Below are positions 10,010 through 17,476 of a stretch of 17,580 nucleotides of DNA, piece after piece. The notes beneath the pieces were generated by a model. It was not told the origin of the DNA. It did no database searches and saw only the letters and a program-made list of their open reading frames with translations. Positions within the stretch are counted from its first letter, which is position 1. The number at the start of each line of letters is the position of its first letter. The position numbers and the translations under genes are program-made. Source of the stretch: Candidatus Methylomirabilia bacterium (GTDB taxonomy: Bacteria; Methylomirabilota; Methylomirabilia; Rokubacteriales; CSP1-6); assembly GCA_041497895.1 (NCBI GenBank), contig JBGQHJ010000102.1, positions 1-17,580 of the forward strand, read 5' to 3'.

Positions 10010-10726
10010 ATGCGGGACCGGCTGGTGGTGTCCACGCTCGCGGCGGGCTTGCTATGCGCGGTCGCGGGGGCCGGGAGCGGGCCGACGGCCCAGCCCGCGG
10101 CTTCGTTAGCGCGCTCGGACGTCGTGGTGGAAGACTGGCGCGCCGGCACGCCGGGCCAGCTGGGCGTCCCGCCGGGATGGGAAGGGCAGACCTGGGGCAA
10201 GACCTCGGCGTTCGCCCTCAGCATCGTGGTCGAGGACGGCCAGCGCGTGCTGCACCTCGAGAGCCGGAACGACCGTGCCACCATCACCCGCGACCTGCGC
10301 GGGAGCGTGTCCCTGGCGCGCACGCCGATCCTGCGCTGGCGCTGGAAGGTCGTCGCGATGCCCACCGGCGGGGACGCCCGCCGACGCGAGACCGCGGACC
10401 AGGCCGTGCAGGTGTACGTGACCTGGCCGCGCCTGCCCGCGCTGCTGCGCTCGCGCATCATCGGCTACGCGTGGGACACGACCGCGCCGGCCGGCAGCAC
10501 GTTCCGGAGCCAGAAGACGGGCACCGTCACGTACATCATCCTGCGCTCCGGCCCAGCCGAGCTCGGACGCTGGCTCGATGAGCGCCGCGACGTCCGCGCG
10601 GACTACCGCGCCATCTTCGGCGAGGAGCCGCCCGATCCGGGCGCGATCACGCTGTCCATCGACTCCAACGACACGCACTCGCGCGCGGAGTCGCTCATCG
10701 GCCCCATCCACTTCTCGCCTTCGTGA
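10010..10726 (+). CDS. DUF3047 domain-containing exported protein
   Basis: Signal-peptide-like N terminus; motifs PILRWRWKV, GGD..R..DQAVQVYV, IIGYAW, YIILRSG, GRWLDERRDVRADYRAIFGEEP, IDSNDT typical of DUF3047; strong SD. Confidence 0.85.
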   Translation: MRDRLVVSTLAAGLLCAVAGAGSGPTAQPAASLARSDVVVEDWRAGTPGQLGVPPGWEGQTWGKTSAFALSIVVEDGQRVLHLESRNDRATITRDLRGSVSLARTPILRWRWKVVAMPTGGDARRRETADQAVQVYVTWPRLPALLRSRIIGYAWDTTAPAGSTFRSQKTGTVTYIILRSGPAELGRWLDERRDVRADYRAIFGEEPPDPGAITLSIDSNDTHSRAESLIGPIHFSPS

Positions 10727-10811
10727 GCCGCGGCGCCTGCGGCACAATTCGGGACGCGATCAATTCCCCTACGATAGAATCGTCAAGGTAAGTCTCAGGT
10801 CTTCCTCACGT

Positions 10812-10887
10812 AGGCGGGTAGCTCAGCTGGGAGAGCACGGCCCTTACAAGGCCGGGGTCGGGAGTTCAATCCTCCCCCCGCCTACCA
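10812..10887 (+). tRNA. trnV: tRNA-Val (anticodon TAC)
   Basis: 76-nt cloverleaf: acceptor AGGCGGG/CCCGCCT, D arm GCTC/GAGC, anticodon arm CGGCC-CTTACAA-GGCCG (TAC 10845-10847), T arm GGGAG-TTCAATC-CTCCC, encoded CCA. A TAGAAT -10-like hexamer lies at 10775-10780. Confidence 0.98.
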
Positions 10888-10982
10888 CTTAAAAGCTCGT
10901 GAGATGACGCATCAGGTTCCGAACGTCGCCCTGACCCGCGCCCTGATGCGCCGGCTCGACCTGTAGCCGCAGCCGGGGAGCC

Positions 10983-11372
10983 CTATTGCCGCGGATCCGG
11001 CTCCTCCCGGAGGAACGAGAGTCCGCTGATGGCCAGGTACAGCCCGGCCATCTCGAGCACGACCACGAGCACGGCGAGCCGCGAGAAGCTCCAGATCGTC
11101 GTCATGAAGCCGGCCGCGCTGCAGACGACCCCCAGCGCAATGACCATGCGCCGTACGAGACGACTGGCCGGCTCCGGCCCCACCCAGTCGCTGGAGTCGA
11201 TGTAGAGCCACGCCCCCAGCGCCGGCAGGGAGACGGCCAGCAGGCCGACGATGACCGGCGAGCGGGCGATCGGAGTCCCGGAGGCGACCACCGCCAGCAG
11301 CGTGGCCGCGGTGAAGGCGAGATAGCCGGCGATCGCCGGGATGACGTTGAGCTCACGCGCTGACGCCCACAT
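10983..11372 (-). CDS. Hypothetical four-TM membrane protein, 129 aa
   Basis: ATG 11372 with GGAGGAG immediately upstream; four hydrophobic segments; stop TAG at 10985-10983. Confidence 0.7.
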   Translation of the reverse strand: MWASARELNVIPAIAGYLAFTAATLLAVVASGTPIARSPVIVGLLAVSLPALGAWLYIDSSDWVGPEPASRLVRRMVIALGVVCSAAGFMTTIWSFSRLAVLVVVLEMAGLYLAISGLSFLREEPDPRQ

Positions 11373-11688
11373 GTTCTCCTCCGTGAAGACCCTTCTGCCT
11401 CGTCCGTCTTTCACCGACCGCCGGGACCACCGCGAAGCCGTGAATGCGCAGGCTGCGGGCCACCCAGGGGTGGTTGCGCGCGCCGCTGGCCCGCCGGTCG
11501 AAGATCACCCGGGTACGGCGGTCCGCCGCGAGCACGCGGCGGAGCTTCGCGTGGATCTCATCCTCGTCGCGGGCCACGATCACGAGCCAGCCCTGCGGCC
11601 GGCGGCGCCTGGTCCTGCGGGGGGGGCGCGCCGAGACCGGAGCCGGCGCGACGATCCAGCCAGCCTGCATGTTATCCAGGGGTATCAC
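11353..11688 (-). CDS. Small basic hypothetical protein with LVIVARD..L...L......VIFDRR motif, 111 aa
   Basis: GTG 11688 with GGAGG 8 nt upstream; ordered beta-alpha-beta-like core WLVIVARDEDEIHAKLRRVLAADRRTRVIFDRR; overlaps both neighbours, consistent with an operon. Confidence 0.7.
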   Translation of the reverse strand: MIPLDNMQAGWIVAPAPVSARPPRRTRRRRPQGWLVIVARDEDEIHAKLRRVLAADRRTRVIFDRRASGARNHPWVARSLRIHGFAVVPAVGERRTRQKGLHGGEHVGVSA

Positions 11689-11938
11689 GTTCGATTCCTC
11701 CCGGAGGAATTCGCACGATTCGCGCGTGCTTAGCGGAGAGCCACTCGCGGACCCGGGCCCAGCCGACCGGGTCCTTCGCCGCCCAGGCCGCCTCGGTCGT
11801 GGCAGACACGATGATGTAGGAGAGCTGTGCGCGGCACACTCGCTCGACCACCCGGACCAGATCGGTGCACGGCGTCAACGTCGCAAGCAGCTCCTGCGTC
11901 GTCAGGCAGGATCCCGAGGGGTTGTCAGGGCCCGTCAC
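11672..11938 (-). CDS. Small hypothetical protein, ~88 aa (start uncertain)
   Basis: 3' half of the listed 12214..11672 ORF reads as folded protein (DLVRVVERVCRAQLSYIIVSATTEAAWAAKDPVGWARVREWLSAKHARIVRI); the start must lie downstream of the sigma-54 promoter at 11967-11953 (GTG 11941/11938 or a later TTG). Confidence 0.6.
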   Translation of the reverse strand: MTGPDNPSGSCLTTQELLATLTPCTDLVRVVERVCRAQLSYIIVSATTEAAWAAKDPVGWARVREWLSAKHARIVRIPPGGIERDTPG

Positions 11939-11952
11939 CACGCACCCCTGGG

Positions 11953-11967
11953 GCAAGCCCCATGCCA
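11953..11967 (-). promoter_or_regulatory. Sigma-54 (-24/-12) promoter
   Basis: TGGCATGGGGCTTGC on - strand, close to consensus TGGCACG-N4-TTGC; directly upstream of the three-gene minus-strand cluster. Confidence 0.7.
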
Positions 11968-12085
11968 GGGCCACATGCTGACCCGCGGGCCAGGCGCTGC
12001 GACGGGCCTCGATGCTTTCCTGATACTTGTGCCCGCGCCCTGCGCAGCGCGCGCTAGGGGCCGGCTCACCGCAGCACGAAAGGTG

Positions 12086-12112
12086 GGTAGGACTGACCGG
12101 GTAAAACATTCC
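12086..12112. promoter_or_regulatory. Second putative enhancer site: two imperfect GGTAA-N3-TTACC palindromes at 14-bp period
   Basis: GGTAG-GAC-TGACC (12086-12098) and GGTAA-AAC-ATTCC (12100-12112), ~145-170 bp upstream of the predicted sigma-54 start. Confidence 0.45.
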
Positions 12113-12145
12113 AGGAAGATGGTCATCCGTCGCGTACCGGGCCGC

Positions 12146-12175
12146 TTGACCGCCGCTCCGCCGGTCGGCTACGCT
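12146..12175 (+). promoter_or_regulatory. Putative sigma-70 promoter of the ABC/UbiD operon
   Basis: TTGACC-18 nt-TACGCT about 40 bp upstream of ATG 12217. Confidence 0.5.
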
Positions 12176-12216
12176 CCGGGCACGGAACCGCGATCCCCCA
12201 GCGCAGGAGACCATGC

Positions 12217-13218
12217 ATGCCCGCCAGATTCGTGCTCGCCTTCAGTGTCCTCGCGTTGCTCATCGCCCCCATCGACGCGGGCGCGGCCGAGAAGGTCACC
12301 GTGGCCCTGGACTTCACGCTCAGCGGCTACCACGCCCCCTGGTTCGTGGCCCAGGACAAGGGCTACTTCGCGGAGGAGGGTCTCGACGTCACCCTCGGTC
12401 GCGGCTACGGGTCGGGCGACACGGTCAAGAAGCTCGCGACCGGGGCCATCGACATCGGGCTCAACCATCCGGCGCCCCTGATCATCGCCAACGCGGAGGG
12501 CGGCAATCTCCGGACCGTGATGGGCTACCTGAACCAGGAGATGTGCGCGATGTACTCCTCGGCCGAGGGAGGCAACGTGCGCGTGCCCAAGGACCTCGAG
12601 GGCCAGACCTTCGGCGGGCCCCCGGGCGACATCTGCACCATGATGCTCCCCGCGCTGGCCGAGAAGACCGGGGTCGACTACGGCAAGATCAAGGTCCAGC
12701 AGATGGACGGCCCCCAGCGCCTCGCGATGCTCACCGCGGGCCGCATCTCGGTGCTCGGCACGTTCTTCGACAAGGACATCCTGATCAAGAAGGGGCTCGA
12801 TCAGGCGGGCAAGACCATGGTGAGCTTCCACTACTCGAAGTACATCTCGATGTACTCGATCGGGGTCACCGCCACCCAGGCCACGATCGACAAGCGGCCG
12901 GAGATGGTACAGAAGATGGTGACCGCGCTGCTCCGGGGCTTCAAGTTCACGGTGGCCAATCCGGCGGAGGCGGTGAAGATCACGAGCAAGCTGCATCCGG
13001 AGCTGGACGCCGACTACGTGAAAGCCTCGGTGGACACCCTGCTCGAGGGCATGTGGGACGAGACGTCGAAGGCCAAGGGCATCGGCATCCTCGACGCGGG
13101 CAAGATGCAGGCCACCCGCGACACGGTGGTGAAGTACTGGAAGCTCAAGACGGAGCCGCCGATGGACCAGCTCTACACGAACCGGTTCGTCGAGACCGCC
13201 CACAAGGCCGTCAAGTAG
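12217..13218 (+). CDS. ABC transporter substrate-binding protein, NMT1/THI5/SsuA-like
   Basis: Signal peptide ending AGA-AE; LDFTLSGYHAPWFVAQDKGYFAEEGLDV, GSGDTVK, PKDLEG, C-terminal LYTNRFV; SD AGGAG 8 nt upstream. Confidence 0.92.
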   Translation: MPARFVLAFSVLALLIAPIDAGAAEKVTVALDFTLSGYHAPWFVAQDKGYFAEEGLDVTLGRGYGSGDTVKKLATGAIDIGLNHPAPLIIANAEGGNLRTVMGYLNQEMCAMYSSAEGGNVRVPKDLEGQTFGGPPGDICTMMLPALAEKTGVDYGKIKVQQMDGPQRLAMLTAGRISVLGTFFDKDILIKKGLDQAGKTMVSFHYSKYISMYSIGVTATQATIDKRPEMVQKMVTALLRGFKFTVANPAEAVKITSKLHPELDADYVKASVDTLLEGMWDETSKAKGIGILDAGKMQATRDTVVKYWKLKTEPPMDQLYTNRFVETAHKAVK

Positions 13219-13995
13219 ATGCGCGAGCGGCTCGGCGGCGCGGTCGCGCCGACGCTGGCCTTCGCGGCGGTGCTCGTGTTCTGGCAGGGCTCGGTGTGGC
13301 TCCTGCGGCCGCCGCCCTTCATCCTGCCCGGCATCGGGCAGGTGATCGCCCGGCTGGTGGCCTTCGGGCCCAACTGGGTGGGGCACGTGATCGCGACGGT
13401 GGAGGGCATCGTGCTCGGCTTCCTGGCCGCGGTCGTGTTCGGCACCGCGGGGGCGGTGCTCATCGTGTCGTCGGACGTGCTGCGGCGCGCGATCACCCCG
13501 CTGCTGGTCACGGTCCAGATCGTGCCCAAGATCGCCTTCGCGCCCCTCATCCTGGTGTGGTTCGGCATCGGCCTCACCTCGCGGGCCACCATCGCGTTCC
13601 TGGTCGCGTTCTTCCCGGTCCTGGTCAACACCGCGGTCGGCCTGGTGCAGATCGAGCCCGAGCTGCTCGACCTCGCCCGGTCCATCAAGGCCCGGCCGGC
13701 GTGGGTCTTCTTCCGCATCCGGTTCCCGAACTCGCTGCCCTACTTCTTCGCCGGGCTGCGGGTGGCCTCGACGCTGGCGGTCATCGGCGCGGTCATCGGC
13801 GAGTTCGTGGGCTCCGACGTGGGGCTCGGGTACCTGATCGTCATCGCCAACAACCAGATCGACACCGCGCTCGGGCTCGCCGCCATCTTCCTGATCTCGC
13901 TGATCGGGCTCATCCTGTACGGGGCGGTCGTGCTCACCGAGCGTCTCTGCACGCCCTGGGCGGGCGGCGAGGGCGGGCTCAAGGCCTCGCTCTGA
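13219..13995 (+). CDS. ABC transporter permease, SsuC/TauC/NitT family
   Basis: PPFILP, QIVPKIAFAPLILVWFGIG, FFPVLVNT, EAA-like loop LLDLARSIKA, FPNSLPYFFAGLR, VIGEFVGSDVGLGYLI; starts immediately after the SBP stop. Confidence 0.95.
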   Translation: MRERLGGAVAPTLAFAAVLVFWQGSVWLLRPPPFILPGIGQVIARLVAFGPNWVGHVIATVEGIVLGFLAAVVFGTAGAVLIVSSDVLRRAITPLLVTVQIVPKIAFAPLILVWFGIGLTSRATIAFLVAFFPVLVNTAVGLVQIEPELLDLARSIKARPAWVFFRIRFPNSLPYFFAGLRVASTLAVIGAVIGEFVGSDVGLGYLIVIANNQIDTALGLAAIFLISLIGLILYGAVVLTERLCTPWAGGEGGLKASL

Positions 13996-14756
13996 TGGCC
14001 GCCTTCATCGAGATCCGCGACGTCGAGAAGCAATACACCACCCGCGCCGGCCCGCAGGTCGCGCTCCGGCCCACCTCGCTCGAGATCGCGGCGGGCGAGT
14101 TCGTGTCGATCGTGGGGCCGAGCGGCTGCGGCAAGACCACGCTCATGAAGATCGTGGCCGGCCTGCTCCCGTGCACGCGCGGCGAGGTCCGGATGGACGG
14201 GGTCCCGGTGCAGGAGCCGCCCGACGGGGTGGGCATCGTGTTCCAGACCCCCACGCTGCTGCGCTGGCGCACGGTGCTGGACAACGTGCTGCTCCCGGCC
14301 GCCGCGCTCCGTCGGCCCCGCGCCCGCTACGAGCCGGTGGCCCGGGACCTGATCCGCCTGGTCGGCCTCGAGGGGTTCGCCAGCCACTACCCGCGCGAGC
14401 TGTCGGGCGGCATGCAGCAGCGGGTCGCGATCAGCCGGGCGCTGCTCCTGGAGCCGCGCCTGCTCCTGATGGACGAGCCCTTCGGCGCGCTCGACGCGAT
14501 GACCCGCGAGGAGATGAACCTCGAGCTGCAGCGGATCTGGAACGAGCAGCCGAAGACGGTGCTCTTCATCACCCACTCGATCGACGAGGCGGTGTTCCTC
14601 TCCGACCGGGTGGTGGTCATGAGCCCGCGGCCGGGAGGGGTGCGGGCGGTGCTCGACGTCCTACTGGACCGTCCGCGCGGCCGGCACGTCCGCGAGCACC
14701 CGCGCTTCGTGGAATACGTGGGCCGCATCCGCGACCTGATCTGGAGCAAAGCATAG
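13995..14756 (+). CDS. ABC transporter ATP-binding protein, SsuB/TauB/NitT family
   Basis: TGATG overlap start at 13995; Walker A GPSGCGKTT, Q-loop VFQ, signature LSGGMQQR, Walker B LLLMDEPFGALD, H-loop ITHS, MSPRPG. Confidence 0.96.
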   Translation: MAAFIEIRDVEKQYTTRAGPQVALRPTSLEIAAGEFVSIVGPSGCGKTTLMKIVAGLLPCTRGEVRMDGVPVQEPPDGVGIVFQTPTLLRWRTVLDNVLLPAAALRRPRARYEPVARDLIRLVGLEGFASHYPRELSGGMQQRVAISRALLLEPRLLLMDEPFGALDAMTREEMNLELQRIWNEQPKTVLFITHSIDEAVFLSDRVVVMSPRPGGVRAVLDVLLDRPRGRHVREHPRFVEYVGRIRDLIWSKA

Positions 14757-14765
14757 GAGCCCGCC

Positions 14766-16148
14766 ATGAGCAGCGAATCCCACCAGAGCCTGCGCGGCTT
14801 CGTCTCGACCCTGGAGCGCGCGTATCCCGACGCGGTGGTGCGCATCGCCGAGCCGGTGGACCAGGCGTACCAGATGCAGGCCCTCGCGCTCGAGCTCGAG
14901 CGGCGCCGGCGCTTCCCGGTGCTCTTCTTCGAGCAGGTGCGTGGGCACTCGATCCCGGTGGTGTCGAACGTCATGGCGAGCCGGCGTGGGCTCGCCACCG
15001 CGCTCGGGGTCGGGGAGGCGGAGCTGCCCGAGACCTACGCGGCGCGCCTGAAGGAGCCGGTCAAGCCGGTGGTGCTGGAGCGCCCGCCGTTCCCGGTCGA
15101 CGTTCGCCGCGGTGACGCGGTCGACCTGGGGGCGCTGCCGATCCCGACCTACTTCCCGGGCGACGGCGGCCCGTACCTGACCGCCGGGCTCCTGATCGCG
15201 CGCGACCCCGCGACGGGGGTGGCCACCGCCGGCTTCCACCGCTTCCAGGTGAAGGGGCCGAACCGCCTGGGGGTGAGCCTCCACTCGCGGCGGCGCATGT
15301 ACGAGTTCCAGCAGCGGGAGGAGAAGGCGGGCCGGGGGCTCTCCTGCGCGATCGCCATCGGGCTCCATCCCACCGTCGGCATGGGCTCGCTCTCCTACCC
15401 GGCGCCCGAGATCTCGAAGTTCGAGGTGGTGGGTGGACTCCTCGGCGAGCCCATGCAGCTCCGGCGGGCGGAGACGATCGACCTGGACGTCCCGGCCTGG
15501 GCCGAGATCGTGATCGAGGGGGAGATCCTGCCCGGCGAGCACGAGCCGGAGGGGCCGTTCGGGGAGTTCACCGGCTACTTCTCGCGGCGGAGCACCGACA
15601 ACGTCTTCGTGGCGCGCGCCCTGGTGGTGCGGGAGGGCGCGTGGTTCCACTCCATCGCGTCCGGGCGCGCCCCCGACCACATCCTGCCCCTGGGCGTGCT
15701 GCGCGAGGCCGAGATCCGCAACGCCCTGCGCCGCGTGGTGCCGGGCGTGCGCGCGGTGCACGTGCCCACCTCGGGCGGGGCGTCCTTCATCGCCTACGTG
15801 TCGATCAAGCAGACGCGGCCCGGCGAGGCCAAGCACGCCATCCCGGTGGTCCTGGGCGTCGACCACTATCTCAAGCTGGCGGTCGTGGTGGACGACGACA
15901 TCGACGTGTTCGACGAGTCGGACGTGCTCTGGGCGCTGGCGACCCGCGTCCAGGCCGACCGCGACCTGGTGGTCATCGGCGGCAGCCTCGGCGCCATCCT
16001 GGACCCCTCGGCGAGCCCGGACGGGCTCACCGCCAAGCTCGGGATCGACGCGACCCGCCGGTTCGGGGAGGCGGGAGCCGAGAAGCTGGTCATGACGGAC
16101 GCCCCGATGGAGTGGGCCCGCCGCCTGGTGGATCGCCTAGGCGCCTAA
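14766..16148 (+). CDS. UbiD-family (prenylated-FMN-dependent) decarboxylase
   Basis: DLGALPIP..DGGPYLT, GFHR, AIAIGLHP, VPAWAEIVIEG, EPEGPFGEFTGY, KLAVVVDDDIDVFD..VLWALATR, LDPS, KLGIDATR; SD AGGAG. Confidence 0.95.
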   Translation: MSSESHQSLRGFVSTLERAYPDAVVRIAEPVDQAYQMQALALELERRRRFPVLFFEQVRGHSIPVVSNVMASRRGLATALGVGEAELPETYAARLKEPVKPVVLERPPFPVDVRRGDAVDLGALPIPTYFPGDGGPYLTAGLLIARDPATGVATAGFHRFQVKGPNRLGVSLHSRRRMYEFQQREEKAGRGLSCAIAIGLHPTVGMGSLSYPAPEISKFEVVGGLLGEPMQLRRAETIDLDVPAWAEIVIEGEILPGEHEPEGPFGEFTGYFSRRSTDNVFVARALVVREGAWFHSIASGRAPDHILPLGVLREAEIRNALRRVVPGVRAVHVPTSGGASFIAYVSIKQTRPGEAKHAIPVVLGVDHYLKLAVVVDDDIDVFDESDVLWALATRVQADRDLVVIGGSLGAILDPSASPDGLTAKLGIDATRRFGEAGAEKLVMTDAPMEWARRLVDRLGA

Positions 16149-16210
16149 CCGGCGGCGCAGATTTCATACCGGGTTGACGGCGGTGATGCGGAAGAATACG
16201 TGCGACATCG

Positions 16211-16684
16211 ATGGGCGTCACCGCGCGGCTGCTGAAGCAGGAGCTCCTGATCCACCTGGACTACGGGCTGCCGTTCGGCGACGTCGTGGTCCGCTACCGC
16301 GGGCCCCTCGGTGAGCCCGAGGGGCTGCCCGAGCAGGCCATCCACCTGCTCCGCGCGCGAATCCCGCGCGACGTCCAGCAGGAGCTGGACGACCTCTACG
16401 AGGCGTTCGCGCGGCGGATCCCGGCGCCGGCCGAGGCGGACGGAGCGGTCCAGCCGGCGCTCGCCACGATCCTGATCCAGGATCAGGAGCGCCCCCCGGA
16501 GCTGGCGCTCGCCTGGCTGACCTACGTCCGGCAGGCGCCCGCGGCCGGGTCCCGCCTGGAGCAGCAGCACCTCGCGCTCGGCGCCGCGGACCTCACCTCG
16601 CAGGAGCGCTCCACCCTGGAGCGGCTGCGACACCGGATCAAGGGGATCGCCTGGACGCACTATCAGGGCCCGGTCGGGCATTGA
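16211..16684 (+). CDS. Hypothetical protein, 157 aa
   Basis: High-GC3 codon usage and globular-looking sequence; stop overlaps the pdxH start (TTGA). Confidence 0.75.
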   Translation: MGVTARLLKQELLIHLDYGLPFGDVVVRYRGPLGEPEGLPEQAIHLLRARIPRDVQQELDDLYEAFARRIPAPAEADGAVQPALATILIQDQERPPELALAWLTYVRQAPAAGSRLEQQHLALGAADLTSQERSTLERLRHRIKGIAWTHYQGPVGH

Positions 16685-17310
16685 GAGAGCCGCTGCCCGA
16701 GGTCCTGCCCGCCGATCCGCTACCGCTGGCCGCGCGCTGGATCGGGGAGGCGGCGGCCGCGGTGAAGAGCGCGACCGCGATGGCGCTGGCCACCGTGGAC
16801 GGGGCCGGTCACCCGGCGGTCCGTATGGTCATCTGCCGCGGGTTCGACGCGGTGGAGGGCTCGCTCGTCTTCTACACCGACCGCGAGAGCGCCAAGGGGG
16901 TGGCGCTCGAGCGGGCGCCGCGCGCCGCCGCCGTCTTCCACTGGGACGTGTTCGAGCGGCAGATCCGCGTGGAGGGGCCGGTCACCCACGTGCCCGAGGC
17001 CGAGTCGGACCGCTACTGGGGCACGCGTCCCCCCGACGCGCGGCTCGCCGCGGTGGCGAGCGCGCAGAGTCGGCCCATCGCCTCGCGCGCCGCCTTCCTG
17101 GAGCAGATCGAGGCGGCCCGGCGCGCGCACGGCGAGCGCGTCCCGCGGCCGGCGCGCTGGGGCGGCTACCGGATCTGGGCCGAGCGGGTGGAGCTGTGGG
17201 TCGGACAGCCGGGCCGCGCGCATGATCGCGCGGCGTGGACGCGCGCGCTCGAGCCCACCCCGACCGGCTTCACCCGCGGCCCCTGGGGGGGGACGCGGCT
17301 TCAGCCCTGA
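16681..17310 (+). CDS. pdxH: Pyridoxamine/pyridoxine 5'-phosphate oxidase
   Basis: DPL, AMALATV, RMV, FYTDRESAKG, FHW..ERQIRVEG, YWGTRP, SAQSRPI, PRPARWGGYRI, ELWVG..GRAHDR, terminal RLQP; TTG start coupled to the upstream stop. Confidence 0.88.
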   Translation: MREPLPEVLPADPLPLAARWIGEAAAAVKSATAMALATVDGAGHPAVRMVICRGFDAVEGSLVFYTDRESAKGVALERAPRAAAVFHWDVFERQIRVEGPVTHVPEAESDRYWGTRPPDARLAAVASAQSRPIASRAAFLEQIEAARRAHGERVPRPARWGGYRIWAERVELWVGQPGRAHDRAAWTRALEPTPTGFTRGPWGGTRLQP

Positions 17311-17332
17311 AAGGGGCCCGAGGGGCGGAGGG

Positions 17333-17476
17333 TCAGCTCGCGGTGGACGCGCCGCGAGGCGGCAGCGTCGAGGCGCACCACAGGGCGAGGCCGAGCGGCG
17401 TCATCGGGACCGGCGCGACCCCGGCCACCGCCAGCACGAACGCGATCACCGCGAGGATGCGCAGGGCGAAGCTCAT
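17333..17476 (-). CDS. Small membrane peptide, 47 aa (MSFALRILAVIAFVLAVAGVAPVPMTPLGLALWCASTLPPRGASTAS)
   Basis: Strong SD AGGAGGT 5 nt before ATG 17476; GC3-rich codons; hydrophobic hairpin; below the ORF-track size cutoff. Confidence 0.7.
   Translation of the reverse strand: MSFALRILAVIAFVLAVAGVAPVPMTPLGLALWCASTLPPRGASTAS

Noticed and set aside
10888..12200. Integrated mobile element at tRNA-Val
   Set aside because: No integrase, transposase or duplicated tRNA 3' end was found by eye in the window; only atypical composition.
11980..12210. Riboswitch (e.g. TPP) upstream of the THI5-like SBP
   Set aside because: No CUGAGA/TPP core or other recognisable aptamer; the putative promoter leaves only a ~35-nt leader. 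An Rfam cmscan would settle it.
16174..16202. Internal promoter TTGACG-17-TACGTG before the 157-aa gene
   Set aside because: Good -35, but the -10 lacks the conserved final T; too weak to call.
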